From assembly GCA_903831635.1 (NCBI GenBank), contig CAIKYN010000227.1, positions 1-33,200 of the forward strand: a DNA stretch of 33,200 bases, read 5' to 3'. The notes under the pieces were generated by a model. It made no database searches. It saw nothing but the letters and a program-made list of their open reading frames with translations, and was not told the origin of the DNA. The position numbers and the translations under genes were made by a program. Each line of letters starts with the position of its first letter. The first letter of the stretch is position 1. Shown here piece after piece: positions 17,619 through 27,706 of this stretch. Origin of the DNA: an uncultured Spartobacteria bacterium (GTDB lineage: Bacteria > Verrucomicrobiota > Verrucomicrobiia > Chthoniobacterales > UBA6821).

Positions 17619-18733
17619 TGAGTGATCCCACGCTTCTAAAACATTCTCCTCTCGAAGCCGCTCATATCGCCTGCGGGGCCCGCATGGTCGAGTTCGGCGG
17701 ATGGTTCATGCCTGTCCAGTATTCTGGAATCATGGATGAACATAAAGCCGTGCGCTCCGCCTCCGGTATGTTCGATATTTCCCACATGGGAGAGGTCACG
17801 GTTTCCGGTCCCGGCGCTTTGGTTTGGCTTGAGAGTCTTCTGACCAACCGCGTTGGCAAACTCGCCGTCACCCGTGGTCAGTACACCCTTATGCTCGATG
17901 AGAAGGGAGGCGTCATCGATGATCTGATCATCTACCGCACGGGAGAGACCTCCTACTTTCTGGTGATCAACGGCGCCTGCCGTGATCTCGATCTGGAATG
18001 GATGCATTCTCATCTTCCTGCTGATGGATCCGTTGCTCTTGAGGATCAGGGGAACGACTATGCAGCGATTGCCCTCCAGGGGCCAGATTCGGAAAAGGTT
18101 CTGAGGTCACTCTTTCCTTCATGCGATGTCCCGAAGAGGAATGGTATTGCTCCGCTTGTCGATTCTGAGGGGGCCGTCCCATCCCTTGTGGCCCGCACCG
18201 GATATACCGGTGAGGATGGATTTGAGCTTTTTGTGCCTGTGAAAGCTGGCATCGCTCTCTGGGAGAGCCTTCTTTCCGCTGGGGTCAAGCCATGCGGACT
18301 CGGTTCCCGTGATACACTAAGGCTCGAGATGGGTTACCCTTTGAACGGATCCGATCTCTCCCGTGAGCGTACACCACTTCAGGCGGGCCTTGATAAATTC
18401 ACGGGTATTGATGATCCCGAGAAGGGTGAGTTTTCGGGCCGTAAGGCCCTGGAGCAGCAGCGCGCTGGCGGTCTTCCCTCTCGTCTCACCCCGCTGAAGC
18501 TTTCCGTCTCCGGACCTCCCCTCCGTTCCCATTATTCTGTTCTTGCCGAGGGAATTGCCGTGGGTGAAACCTGCAGCGGTGCTCTCTCGCCAAGCCTCGG
18601 GGAGGGGATCGCCATGGCCTACCTTCCTCCTGCACTTCATTCTCCCGGCACGTCTCTGGAAATTGAAGTGCGTGGACGTCGTTACCCCGCTACGGTAACG
18701 ACACTTCCTTTTTACAAGAAACCCACCCTCTAA
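17618..18733 (+). CDS. gcvT: Glycine cleavage system aminomethyltransferase T
   Basis: FGGWFMPVQY, FDISHMG, RTGYTGEDGFE, GLGSRDTLRLEMG. Confidence 0.95.
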   Translation: MSDPTLLKHSPLEAAHIACGARMVEFGGWFMPVQYSGIMDEHKAVRSASGMFDISHMGEVTVSGPGALVWLESLLTNRVGKLAVTRGQYTLMLDEKGGVIDDLIIYRTGETSYFLVINGACRDLDLEWMHSHLPADGSVALEDQGNDYAAIALQGPDSEKVLRSLFPSCDVPKRNGIAPLVDSEGAVPSLVARTGYTGEDGFELFVPVKAGIALWESLLSAGVKPCGLGSRDTLRLEMGYPLNGSDLSRERTPLQAGLDKFTGIDDPEKGEFSGRKALEQQRAGGLPSRLTPLKLSVSGPPLRSHYSVLAEGIAVGETCSGALSPSLGEGIAMAYLPPALHSPGTSLEIEVRGRRYPATVTTLPFYKKPTL

Positions 18734-18755
18734 ACCCTCCGTATTCTTTGAATCC

Positions 18756-19136
18756 ATGAATGTTCCCGCTGATCTCCGCTACGCCAAAACCCACGAATGG
18801 ATCCGAGTCGAGGGTGACACCGTGACCGTCGGCATCACCGATCACGCTCAGGCTGAGTTGACAGATATCGTCTATGCAGAGCCACCGAAGGTTGGTGCCG
18901 AGGTGAAGGCTGGCGCGACTGCTGCCGTCGTTGAATCAGTAAAAGCTGCCAGCGACATCTATTCACCTCTCTCCGGGACGGTGACCGAGGTGAATGAGGA
19001 ACTCTCGGGTAACCCGGCTCTGCTGAATACCGATCCCTTCGGCCAAGGTTGGATCTACCGGATGAAATCATCCGATGCCGCTGAGATCAGTGCTCTCCTG
19101 ACACCCGAAGCCTACAGCGCCCAGATCGGTCAATGA
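18756..19136 (+). CDS. gcvH: Glycine cleavage system H protein
   Basis: THEW, GITDHAQ, lipoyl-lysine motif [16 protein letters not shown]. Confidence 0.96.
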   Translation: MNVPADLRYAKTHEWIRVEGDTVTVGITDHAQAELTDIVYAEPPKVGAEVKAGATAAVVESVKAASDIYSPLSGTVTEVNEELSGNPALLNTDPFGQGWIYRMKSSDAAEISALLTPEAYSAQIGQ

Positions 19137-22006
19137 GTACGATCGGTTCCGATCTCCTGGACTCCGTTCTCTCTCGCGGTCGTTTCTCTCGTCGCCATCT
19201 CGGTTCCCATAATCGGGATATCGAGGCGATGCTGGAGACATTGGAATGTGCCTCTCTTGAGGGGCTCATTTCAAAAACGGTTCCCGAGGAGATCCGTCTT
19301 CGTTCCAAGCTAAATATTCCTGCAGCAGCCTCCGAGGAGGAGGCCTTGGCTGAACTCCGTGAGATCGCCGATAAGAACGAGCTTCGCACTAATCATCTTG
19401 GAATGGGTTATCACGGAACCCACCTTCCCGCAGTGATCCGCAGGAATATTCTTGAGAATCCAGGCTGGTACACGGCCTACACCCCTTATCAGGCCGAGAT
19501 TTCACAGGGACGTATGGAGGCTCTCGTGAATTTCCAGACGATGGTCTGTGATTTGACGGGCATGGCGATTGCCAATGCCTCGATGCTTGATGAGGCCACA
19601 GCCGCCGCCGAGGCGATGGCGATGTGTCATGACCTCAAGGGGCAGGCTGGGAATGGGAGCGCTCCGCGATTCTTTGTCTCAGATGGATGCCATCCTCAAA
19701 CGATTTCCTTGCTCCGTACACGCACCGAGCCTCTTGGCATCGAGTTGATCGTGGGCAGTGTTGATCAGATTCCAGAGTCCGGGCTGTGTGGCGGCATCCT
19801 CCAGTATCCCTCGACCGATGGGTCGATTCATGATCCCTCTTCCGCGATAGCGAAGATTCATGCGGCAGGTGGACTCGCCATTGTAGCCAGTGACCCTCTT
19901 GCCCTTGTATTGCTGAAGCCACCTGGAGAATTCGGGGCCGATATCGTGGTGGGTTCCACCCAGCGTTTTGGTGTTCCCATGGGATATGGCGGACCACATG
20001 CGGCCTATCTGGCTGTTCGTGATGAGTTCAAACGCCGCCTTCCCGGACGTCTCGTCGGTATCTCCCGTGATGCAGATGGTAACCCCGCCTACCGCCTGAC
20101 ACTTCAGACTCGCGAGCAACATATCCGCCGTGAGAAGGCGACCAGCAACATCTGCACCGCGCAGGTTCTGCTAGCCGTGATCGCCTCGATGTATGCCGTC
20201 TATCATGGTCCGAAGGGACTCAGGGAGATCGCCGAGAAAATTCACCTTCATGCACTGAAGCTTGCGGCTTCACTTTCCAAGGCAGGATGGTCTTTGGGTA
20301 ATGCCCCGTTCTTTGACACCGTCCGCGTGAATCTCACTCCCACCGAGTCCGCTTCCCTGCGCTCTCGTGCTGAGAAGGAGGGTATCAATCTCCGTTTCCT
20401 CGGTGAATCCGCAGTGACCATCTCGCTGGATGAAACCTCTGGTCCGATCGATCGCCTTCTCGAACTTTTTGGCAAAGGATCGAGTGCTGCTCAGAACGAT
20501 CCGCTCACCTGGCAGACACCGGATGATCTGCGTCGCAGCTCTGCATATCTTACCCATCCCGTCTTTAACAGCTACCATACCGAGACTGAGATGCTCCGCT
20601 ACATGCGCCGTCTTGAGTCCAAGGATCTCTCGCTCACCACATCCATGATCCCGCTTGGATCATGTACCATGAAGCTGAATGCAACCTCCGAGATGATTCC
20701 GGTCACCTGGGAGACCATCGGAGGTCTTCACCCCTTCGTTCCCACGGAGCAGGCCCAGGGGTATACTGTGATGTTCCGTCAGCTTGAGGGATGGCTTGCG
20801 GAGATCACGGGATTTCATTCTGTATCGCTCCAGCCGAACGCCGGATCGCAGGGGGAATACGCCGGCTTGCTCGTCATTCGCGCCTACCACCGCTCTCGCG
20901 GGGATCTGAACCGAACCGTTTGCCTCATCCCTGTTTCCGCCCACGGGACAAATCCTGCCAGCGCCGCCATGGCCGGCATGGAGATCGTGGGTGTTGCCTG
21001 CGATGCGGACGGAAATGTTGATTTGGCTGATCTGAAGGCCAAGATCGACCTCCATCGTGACCGTCTCTCGGCTCTCATGGTCACCTATCCTTCGACGCAT
21101 GGTGTCTTCGAGTCGCGGATCAAGGAGATTTGCGCCATGATTCATGAGGCCGGTGGTCAGGTCTACATGGATGGAGCCAACATGAATGCCCAGGTTGGCC
21201 TCTGCAGTCCCGGAGCCATCGGAGCCGATGTCTGCCATCTCAATCTTCATAAGACTTTCTGCATTCCTCATGGCGGTGGTGGTCCGGGGGTGGGGCCGAT
21301 CGGTGTGGCCGAACATCTCTCTCCGTTCCTGCCGGGGCATTCCGTGATACCGACCGGAGGCTCCCAAGCTGTCACCGAAGTCAGTGCCGCACCATGGGGG
21401 AGTGCAAGTATCTGTGTGATCAGCTGGATGTATCTCCGCATGATGGGGCCCGATGGACTGGCTGCCGCTAGTGCCCTCGCGATTCTTAATGCCAACTACA
21501 TGGCCAAGCGTCTCGATGCCTTTTTCCCCGTCCTCTACAAGGGAGAGCAGGGAACTGTGGCCCATGAGTGCATTCTGGACCTCCGCGAGTGGAAGACTCG
21601 TGCTGGCATAGAGGTCGAGGATGTCGCGAAGCGCTTGATGGATTATGGATTCCATGCTCCAACCATGAGCTGGCCTGTTCCCGGCACGCTCATGATTGAG
21701 CCAACCGAGAGTGAGTCAAAGGATGAGTTAGATCGTTTCTGCGATGCCATGATCGCAATCCATGGCGAGTTGACTTCGATTGAGAAGGGTGATCTTGATA
21801 AGGTAGACAATCCCCTCAAGCGTGCTCCTCATACTGCCCTCACCGTCACCTCAGACGAATGGATTAGGCCTTATTCCCGAAGCCAGGCCGCATGGCCAGC
21901 TCCATGGCTGAAGAATCATAAGTTCTGGCCATCGGTATCGCGTGTTGATAATGTCTACGGCGATCGGAATATTTTCTGTAGTTGCTTGCCGGTTCAGGAA
22001 GCCTAG
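19133..22006 (+). CDS. gcvP: Glycine dehydrogenase (decarboxylating), single-chain P protein
   Basis: [64 protein letters not shown]. Confidence 0.97.
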   Translation: MSTIGSDLLDSVLSRGRFSRRHLGSHNRDIEAMLETLECASLEGLISKTVPEEIRLRSKLNIPAAASEEEALAELREIADKNELRTNHLGMGYHGTHLPAVIRRNILENPGWYTAYTPYQAEISQGRMEALVNFQTMVCDLTGMAIANASMLDEATAAAEAMAMCHDLKGQAGNGSAPRFFVSDGCHPQTISLLRTRTEPLGIELIVGSVDQIPESGLCGGILQYPSTDGSIHDPSSAIAKIHAAGGLAIVASDPLALVLLKPPGEFGADIVVGSTQRFGVPMGYGGPHAAYLAVRDEFKRRLPGRLVGISRDADGNPAYRLTLQTREQHIRREKATSNICTAQVLLAVIASMYAVYHGPKGLREIAEKIHLHALKLAASLSKAGWSLGNAPFFDTVRVNLTPTESASLRSRAEKEGINLRFLGESAVTISLDETSGPIDRLLELFGKGSSAAQNDPLTWQTPDDLRRSSAYLTHPVFNSYHTETEMLRYMRRLESKDLSLTTSMIPLGSCTMKLNATSEMIPVTWETIGGLHPFVPTEQAQGYTVMFRQLEGWLAEITGFHSVSLQPNAGSQGEYAGLLVIRAYHRSRGDLNRTVCLIPVSAHGTNPASAAMAGMEIVGVACDADGNVDLADLKAKIDLHRDRLSALMVTYPSTHGVFESRIKEICAMIHEAGGQVYMDGANMNAQVGLCSPGAIGADVCHLNLHKTFCIPHGGGGPGVGPIGVAEHLSPFLPGHSVIPTGGSQAVTEVSAAPWGSASICVISWMYLRMMGPDGLAAASALAILNANYMAKRLDAFFPVLYKGEQGTVAHECILDLREWKTRAGIEVEDVAKRLMDYGFHAPTMSWPVPGTLMIEPTESESKDELDRFCDAMIAIHGELTSIEKGDLDKVDNPLKRAPHTALTVTSDEWIRPYSRSQAAWPAPWLKNHKFWPSVSRVDNVYGDRNIFCSCLPVQEA

Positions 22007-22032
22007 TTCTTCCTGAAACCGACATTCATTAA

Positions 22033-22104
22033 GGGCAGTTAGCTCAGCGGTAGAGCGGCTCGCTTACACCGAGTTGGTCGGGGGTTCGATCCCCTCACTG
22101 CCCA
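22033..22104 (+). tRNA. tRNA-Val (anticodon TAC), CCA not encoded
   Basis: Acceptor GGGCAGT/ACTGCCC, D arm GCTC..GAGC, anticodon arm GCTCG-CTTACAC-CGAGT, T loop TTCGATC; discriminator A followed by TAT. Confidence 0.95.
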
Positions 22105-22394
22105 TATTCTCGCATAGAGAAGAGGGCATTGGGAGCTAGGTCTTAGTTATTACCACAATGGCATAAGAATCCGAATGGGGTTGTCAGTCGGCCATGCTCA
22201 GTGAGCGACTTCTGCGGAGGCCATGGTGCGACATTCTATGTCCCTATTCTGGTGCTTATTCTCAAGCGGATGGAGGATCTGCAGTAATCTGGCTCTATTG
22301 AGGAGATAGACTTTCTTTTTCCATGGTCAGGAACGCTCACCGAACTGTTACTTTATCCCGCAGAGTTATGAGGCTGACTGCCGGAATAGAATGG

Positions 22395-25361
22395 TCAGGG
22401 AGTAGGACTCGGAGTCGGGGTGGGAGTTGCGAAAACGACTCCACCTGTAGGCAGGGACGGTGTGCTGCCGGGGAAGGCGTTGGTGTTGGTCGATCCACCA
22501 TAGGAATTCGTACCAGTGAAGGTTAGCGATCCGCTTCCTAGAGAGAGGGTATTGCTGGAAGTCGGGGTGGGGGTGGTATTCGAAATGAAGCTATTGGAAG
22601 AAACGGTCAGATTGCCGGAACCAATTGATCCCGAGCCAGTATAGCTATTGTAGGAACCACCATTAAACGTAATGCTTCCCCCTGAGCCACCCGAATCATA
22701 AGGCATGGTGGAGAAGGTGTTGGTGACTGAGGTGGCGGCATACCAAGCGGAATTGCCGGCCTGGGATGCGACCACCGTGTAGGTGGGGACATTGCTACTT
22801 GTGTAGGCGTTGACCACGATCGCGTTTGAGACGAGGGAGACATTGGCTTTCAATGGCGTGAGCGTATAGGTCACAGGGAGTCCCGAACTTGCCGTGGCGG
22901 ATAGACCATAGTGGTTCGTTCCTGCCATCAGGGGCGAGTTGATGGATGGGAAGGTGATGGTTTGGCTTCCCTTGTTTACCGTAAGATTGGTTGAGAGGGA
23001 GGCTGGGAGGTAGTTGGAATTGCCTGCGTTGGTGGCGGTCAGGGTAATGGATCCCACATTAGTAGGGATGACGGTATTATTGGAGAGTCCGCCGGCTCCC
23101 GATATGCGGAGGGTGTTGGTGAGTCCCGAACTGGAGGATGGGGTGGACACGGTGAAGGAGATCCCGTTAGAGAGTTTTGTCGGAATCCCCGTGAAGGGGG
23201 CGATCGATTGAGCAGCCTTGCTTACGACAAAGCTTTTCGTGATCTGGGGTGCTGCGAAGAAGTTGGAATTGCCAGATTGATCGGCTGCAAGGGTGACGGT
23301 ACCCACACCAGTCAGAGAAATCGAGTTGGAGGTCAGGATTGAGGCTGGTCCTGATTTGACGGAGAGTGCAACGGGAAGTTTCGAGGTGGACGTGGGAAGG
23401 ATGATTGTCTGCGGGTTGGTCGAGTAAGGACGATTGGTGATGGTTCCGAAGGGCGAGATGGTCTGGTTGGAACGAGTTGTGTAAATGTTCGTGATGGGAG
23501 TTGCAGCAAGGTAGTTGCTATTCCCAACTTGCGACGCCACGACAGAAACAGTTCCTGGGCCGGAGATTTTCAAAGAACCTCCGGTAAGAGTTGCCGGTCC
23601 ACCGACTAATGAGTAGGAGACAGGTAGACTCGAAGAGGATGTGGCGCTTAGAGAAACCGTCTGCCCAACAGAGAGATTTGTCGTGCTCTGGGGAAAGGTA
23701 ATACTCTGGGGAGACTTTGCCACAGTGAAGGTAGTGGTCACCTGGGGAGCGGAGGCGTAGAGTGCATTTCCCGCCTGATTGGCCGCTAAAGTCACTGGAC
23801 CTGCCCCAGTGATAGTGATGGTACCAATATTATTTCCTTGGCTGAAGGTAGCCGGTCCAGAGAGGACACTCACAGTGACAGGTAATTCCGAACTACTAGT
23901 AGGAATCTGGATTTGGAAAGGAGGGTTTTTATATGTTGGGGGAAAGATCGTTTGAAAGGAGGAGATGGTCTGGGGATAAGCCTTGATTACAAAGCTTGAT
24001 GTGACCGGTGTGGCAGGTGAGTAGTAATAGTTTACTAGAGCATTGGTTCCCGTACCGAATGTCGTCGCCTTCAGTGTAACGGTTCCTGTACCCGTAAGGG
24101 TGAATGCAGTTCCATTTTGGATGCCCGATGTCTGACTAGGGTTGGAACTAACCTTGATTGGGCCGGAAAGGATCTGCAGTAATACGGGAACATTCGCAGA
24201 AGAGGTGGGGAAGGATGGAATTGTAAAGGAGGTGCTGATGTTGGTTACAATATTGGTCACCCTATTGACGGTATTGGTAACAAGATTTGTAATATTGTTT
24301 GATAATGACTGCTGGCCGATCTGCGGGAATGAAATCTTCTGACTCCCAAGGGTCGACGGGATTACGTAGAATCCAGTGTTTCCTCCATCAAATACATTCG
24401 TTGTGACAACGCCACCGTTTGTGGAATAAGTGCGATATTGGGGGGAGTTACCATTGGTGTCGGTAACTGCCACAGTGATATAAATACCTGCCGTAGGATT
24501 GTTAGTGGGGTAGTGATTGAATGTTGCGACGAGATTTGTTGCGGAACCTATAGTTTGGATGTCGGCTGGGCAGGCATCGGAGTCGGAGCTAAAGGCAAAG
24601 TAAGGGAGAGTAGCTACTCTTGTGATTGTCACGAGATTGGTAAGATAGAGAGATGGCTGTCCATTAGTCACCCCCTGCAATGGGGTTTCGGTAAATGCAG
24701 AATTGTAGCTAGAAATATTGTAAGTCTGCAGGGCAGAGATCGGGTTGATCACATTGCTCATCCCCTTACCCAAAATCCGTCCAAAAACGGTAAATCCTCC
24801 ATTATTGTTTGAATTAAGCGTGGTGCTGTTATCAGAAACATTGATGAACCACTGGTCGGTGGCGCTGTTTGGATTTCCCCCAACCTTTGCCATCGCCACG
24901 GTTCCAACAGAGTTAGAAATGCCATATTCGTTGGTGACTGGAGAAAAAGTAGGAATCGATGACAGTGAAGGGTCGGCCGTAAATCCGCCTGTTTGAATGA
25001 CCGCCAAGCCATCGTTGGTAACGGAGGTTGATCGGTGGACAACCGTGTTTTCGTAGGCTCCATCGCGGACATAGGATAGGAAGTTGGCGACTGTTTTAGG
25101 CGCATTAGTTGGCAAGAGCTCCATCAGGAACCCACCATACTGAGTATCCGTAGATACCCAAACCAGGTTGGTATTGGCCAGAGGATCAACCCTGAAATAC
25201 TGATTGAGAGGAGTGGTCAGCTTGGAGCCTGAAGTAGGGGTGATGTAATATCCTTGAGAGAAATTTATTAGGAAGGAGCTGGCCGCGGATAAAAATCCTG
25301 CGTTTAGCAGAAAGAATACGCAGAATACTGATAACTTTAGTTGTCTTGGGGAGGAGCACAT
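22395..25361 (-). CDS. Secreted cyclophilin-type peptidyl-prolyl isomerase fused to tandem Ig-like repeats
   Basis: Signal peptide; cyclophilin motifs APKTVANFLSYV..GAYENTVVHR, GTVAMAK, SATDQWFIN, GGFTVFGRI; six Q-x-I-x-F repeats; Ser/Thr/Gly-rich tail. Confidence 0.88.
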   Translation of the reverse strand: MCSSPRQLKLSVFCVFFLLNAGFLSAASSFLINFSQGYYITPTSGSKLTTPLNQYFRVDPLANTNLVWVSTDTQYGGFLMELLPTNAPKTVANFLSYVRDGAYENTVVHRSTSVTNDGLAVIQTGGFTADPSLSSIPTFSPVTNEYGISNSVGTVAMAKVGGNPNSATDQWFINVSDNSTTLNSNNNGGFTVFGRILGKGMSNVINPISALQTYNISSYNSAFTETPLQGVTNGQPSLYLTNLVTITRVATLPYFAFSSDSDACPADIQTIGSATNLVATFNHYPTNNPTAGIYITVAVTDTNGNSPQYRTYSTNGGVVTTNVFDGGNTGFYVIPSTLGSQKISFPQIGQQSLSNNITNLVTNTVNRVTNIVTNISTSFTIPSFPTSSANVPVLLQILSGPIKVSSNPSQTSGIQNGTAFTLTGTGTVTLKATTFGTGTNALVNYYYSPATPVTSSFVIKAYPQTISSFQTIFPPTYKNPPFQIQIPTSSSELPVTVSVLSGPATFSQGNNIGTITITGAGPVTLAANQAGNALYASAPQVTTTFTVAKSPQSITFPQSTTNLSVGQTVSLSATSSSSLPVSYSLVGGPATLTGGSLKISGPGTVSVVASQVGNSNYLAATPITNIYTTRSNQTISPFGTITNRPYSTNPQTIILPTSTSKLPVALSVKSGPASILTSNSISLTGVGTVTLAADQSGNSNFFAAPQITKSFVVSKAAQSIAPFTGIPTKLSNGISFTVSTPSSSSGLTNTLRISGAGGLSNNTVIPTNVGSITLTATNAGNSNYLPASLSTNLTVNKGSQTITFPSINSPLMAGTNHYGLSATASSGLPVTYTLTPLKANVSLVSNAIVVNAYTSSNVPTYTVVASQAGNSAWYAATSVTNTFSTMPYDSGGSGGSITFNGGSYNSYTGSGSIGSGNLTVSSNSFISNTTPTPTSSNTLSLGSGSLTFTGTNSYGGSTNTNAFPGSTPSLPTGGVVFATPTPTPSPTP
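22710..24345 (-). repeat. Six protein-level repeats of roughly 80-120 aa inside the cyclophilin fusion
   Basis: Units start SQKISF, PQTISSF, PQSITF, NQTISPF, AQSIAPF, SQTITF and share, with some variation, SSxLPV, GPA, GxVTLxAxQxGNxxYxxA. Boundaries are approximate. Confidence 0.8.
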
Positions 25362-25398
25362 AAAAGTAATTTCAAGTTCTACGAGATGTGTCCTCTTT

Positions 25399-26709
25399 TC
25401 AAGTAGAAGTTTGAGTTTTCACCCATTCCAGAGCTTCTTTTTGAGTAGCAAAAACTCCCTCTAGTTGCTTGGTCTGGACGGCTTGGAGGATTTCCGCGAA
25501 TTTCGGCCCCGGTTTCCATCCAAGAGCAATGAGGTCATTGCCGGTGATCAAAGGAGGGGGGATGAGTGGTTGATGGGAGAACTCCTCACGCTTCGCGATC
25601 AATAGGGCGTGGTTATCGAGCATGCCATGGCTGCCAAGGCAATCGACACGATGGAGTTCGAGTTCATCGTCGAAGGTGGGGCGTGCCATCATTCGCTTCA
25701 GAGTAGCAACACGCATATTCGGGACATCCTTGAAACTCATGTGAAGGCGCACGGCAGGCAGGACCGCATCGATCACTTCATTCGAAAAGCGAAGACGCTG
25801 CAGGATTCGCAGACTCATCTCGGCACTGACTCCCTCGTGACCATTAAACCGGATGCGTCCGGTCTCATCGACCATTCGCGTCGGAGGTTTGCCCAAGTCA
25901 TGGAAGAGCGCCGAGAGAACAAGGGGTAGCGATACCCTCTCTGGGAGCAGAGAGAGCATGAGGCGCGTGTGGACGAAGACATCACCCTCCGGATGGAACT
26001 CAGGCGGTTGATCGCACCCTTTGAGGTTTTCCATCTCAGGCAGAATCATCCGTAAAAGGCCGCTCTGATCAAGCAGATCGAATCCCCGCAGGCGATTCGG
26101 AGAGAGAAGAATCTTGCAGAATTCGTCCCTGATTCTCTCGGCGCTGACGGCATGGAGTTCAGGAGCCCATTCCAAGAGGGCGCTCCATGTTCCTGGATCA
26201 ATCGAGAATCCAAGTGTCGTCGCGAAACGGACAGCCCGGAGCAGGCGAAGCTTATCCTCGGCAAAGCGTTCCGAGGGATTACCAATGGCCTGGATCACGC
26301 TCTTCTTCAGATCATCGCGGCCTCCAACGAAATCGAGAATCTCATCCTTGATAGGATCATAAAAAAGTCCGTTGATGGTGAAATCCCGTCGACGGGCATC
26401 CCCTTCGGCATCCGTGTAATGAACGCTTTCTGGATGGCGGCCATCAAGATAAGCACCATCTCCGCGGAAGGTGGCAACCTGGATTTCCGAGCCCCCTTCC
26501 AGAACGATAATCACGCCGAACTGAGCGCCGACAGGCACTGTTCGAGGAAAGAGCGCTTCCACTTGTTCGGGGCGAGCACTGGTCGCCACATCATAATCGT
26601 GGGGCTCCAAGCCTAGGAGTGTGTCACGCACGCAGCCACCCGCATAAAGAGCCTCGAACCCCTTGGCACGCAGGCGCTCAACGATCGATCGTGCGGCGGC
26701 TTCACTCAT
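25399..26709 (-). CDS. cca: CCA tRNA nucleotidyltransferase with HD domain
   Basis: GGCVRD..DYDVAT, flexible loop YLDGRHP, RRDFTIN, EDKLRLLRAVRF, SAERIRDE, HPEGDVFVHT..FHDLGKP. Confidence 0.9.
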   Translation of the reverse strand: MSEAAARSIVERLRAKGFEALYAGGCVRDTLLGLEPHDYDVATSARPEQVEALFPRTVPVGAQFGVIIVLEGGSEIQVATFRGDGAYLDGRHPESVHYTDAEGDARRRDFTINGLFYDPIKDEILDFVGGRDDLKKSVIQAIGNPSERFAEDKLRLLRAVRFATTLGFSIDPGTWSALLEWAPELHAVSAERIRDEFCKILLSPNRLRGFDLLDQSGLLRMILPEMENLKGCDQPPEFHPEGDVFVHTRLMLSLLPERVSLPLVLSALFHDLGKPPTRMVDETGRIRFNGHEGVSAEMSLRILQRLRFSNEVIDAVLPAVRLHMSFKDVPNMRVATLKRMMARPTFDDELELHRVDCLGSHGMLDNHALLIAKREEFSHQPLIPPPLITGNDLIALGWKPGPKFAEILQAVQTKQLEGVFATQKEALEWVKTQTST

Positions 26710-26743
26710 GTTTCTATCGTGACTTGTTCAGGTGGAAAGGCAA

Positions 26744-26764
26744 AATGAAGAATGAAAAATGAAA
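26744..26764. repeat. Tandem heptamer AATGAAR x3
   Basis: aatgaag aatgaaa aatgaaa, between the cca start and the oppC stop. Confidence 0.6.
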
Positions 26765-26796
26765 AATAATTCAAAGGAGACGGTCTGGATTCTTTC

Positions 26797-26836
26797 CTAA
26801 CAGTCTTCAGCCTTCAGTCTAACAACCTCCTTCTCA
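26797..26836. repeat. 40-bp dispersed heptamer-containing repeat, copy 2
   Basis: ctaacagtcttcagccttcagtctaacaacctccttctca; 32/40 identical to 4197-4236. Confidence 0.75.
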
Positions 26837-27706
26837 GCCCCCCTTTTCTCCAATACTGCGGCGTAGGGCGTCGCCGAGGCTGTAGAGAGCCAGAAGCGTT
26901 GTCAGAAGGGCGATCGAGGGGAAGAGGATGAGCCACCAGGCTCCCTTGAGGGGATTGATGGCGGAGGCCCCCTCAGCTAGCAGCGAGCCCCAGCTTGACT
27001 GGGGAGCCTGAACTCCGAGCCCCAGGAAGCTCAGGAAGGCCTCATCAATGATGACGGAGGGAACTGCCAGGGTTAGGTAAACGAGGATGATTCCAGCAAG
27101 GTTAGGAAGCAGGTGGCGCCAGAGGATAGTCCAGTACCCTTCACCCAGGACCCGAGCAGCCGCAACATAGGAACGCTCCCTTAGGGTGAGGGTCTGTCCC
27201 CGCACGATCCGGGCCATCGTTAGCCACTCAATGATCCCAAGACTCACAATCAGGATCACGATGCGGGACGATCCGACAAGCCAATCCCATCCATGGCTAC
27301 TGGCTGCAAGTTGCAGGCGTTCATTGAAAGCATTGATAAAAATCAGGATAAAGATGAGACGAGGCACGGAGTAGAGAATGTCGACAAAGCGCATCATGGA
27401 GTTGTCAATGCCCCTACCTGAAGATCCCGCAATGAGTCCATAGGTGGTTCCGATTAGGAGGCTGATCGCTGCGCCGCAGATGCCGACCAGTAGAGAGATC
27501 CGGCCTCCCTCGAGGATCCGGAGAAGCAGGTCTCTTCCATTGAGATCAGTTCCGCAGAGATGAGCCAAGCTGGGAGGGGCATAGGTTTGGTCTCCAGGCA
27601 GGTCGTAGACATGGGGAAAAAAAAGGGGGCCAAGCAGGACGGTAAGGATCATTCCGGAGAGAATGATGGCCGGAAATCTGGCTCTCTTCGGGAGTTGGTA
27701 AATCAT
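26834..27706 (-). CDS. oppC: Oligopeptide ABC transporter permease C
   Basis: HLCGTDLNGRDL, MARIVRGQ, YVAAARVLG, HLLPN, EAFLSFLGLG, SWGSL. Confidence 0.9.
   Translation of the reverse strand: MIYQLPKRARFPAIILSGMILTVLLGPLFFPHVYDLPGDQTYAPPSLAHLCGTDLNGRDLLLRILEGGRISLLVGICGAAISLLIGTTYGLIAGSSGRGIDNSMMRFVDILYSVPRLIFILIFINAFNERLQLAASSHGWDWLVGSSRIVILIVSLGIIEWLTMARIVRGQTLTLRERSYVAAARVLGEGYWTILWRHLLPNLAGIILVYLTLAVPSVIIDEAFLSFLGLGVQAPQSSWGSLLAEGASAINPLKGAWWLILFPSIALLTTLLALYSLGDALRRSIGEKGG

Noticed and set aside
20660-21655. 331-aa antisense ORF within gcvP
   Set aside because: Shadow ORF with no recognisable domain.
22033-25398. tRNA-anchored genomic island
   Set aside because: No integrase and no duplicated tRNA 3' end found by eye; kept only as a weak finding.
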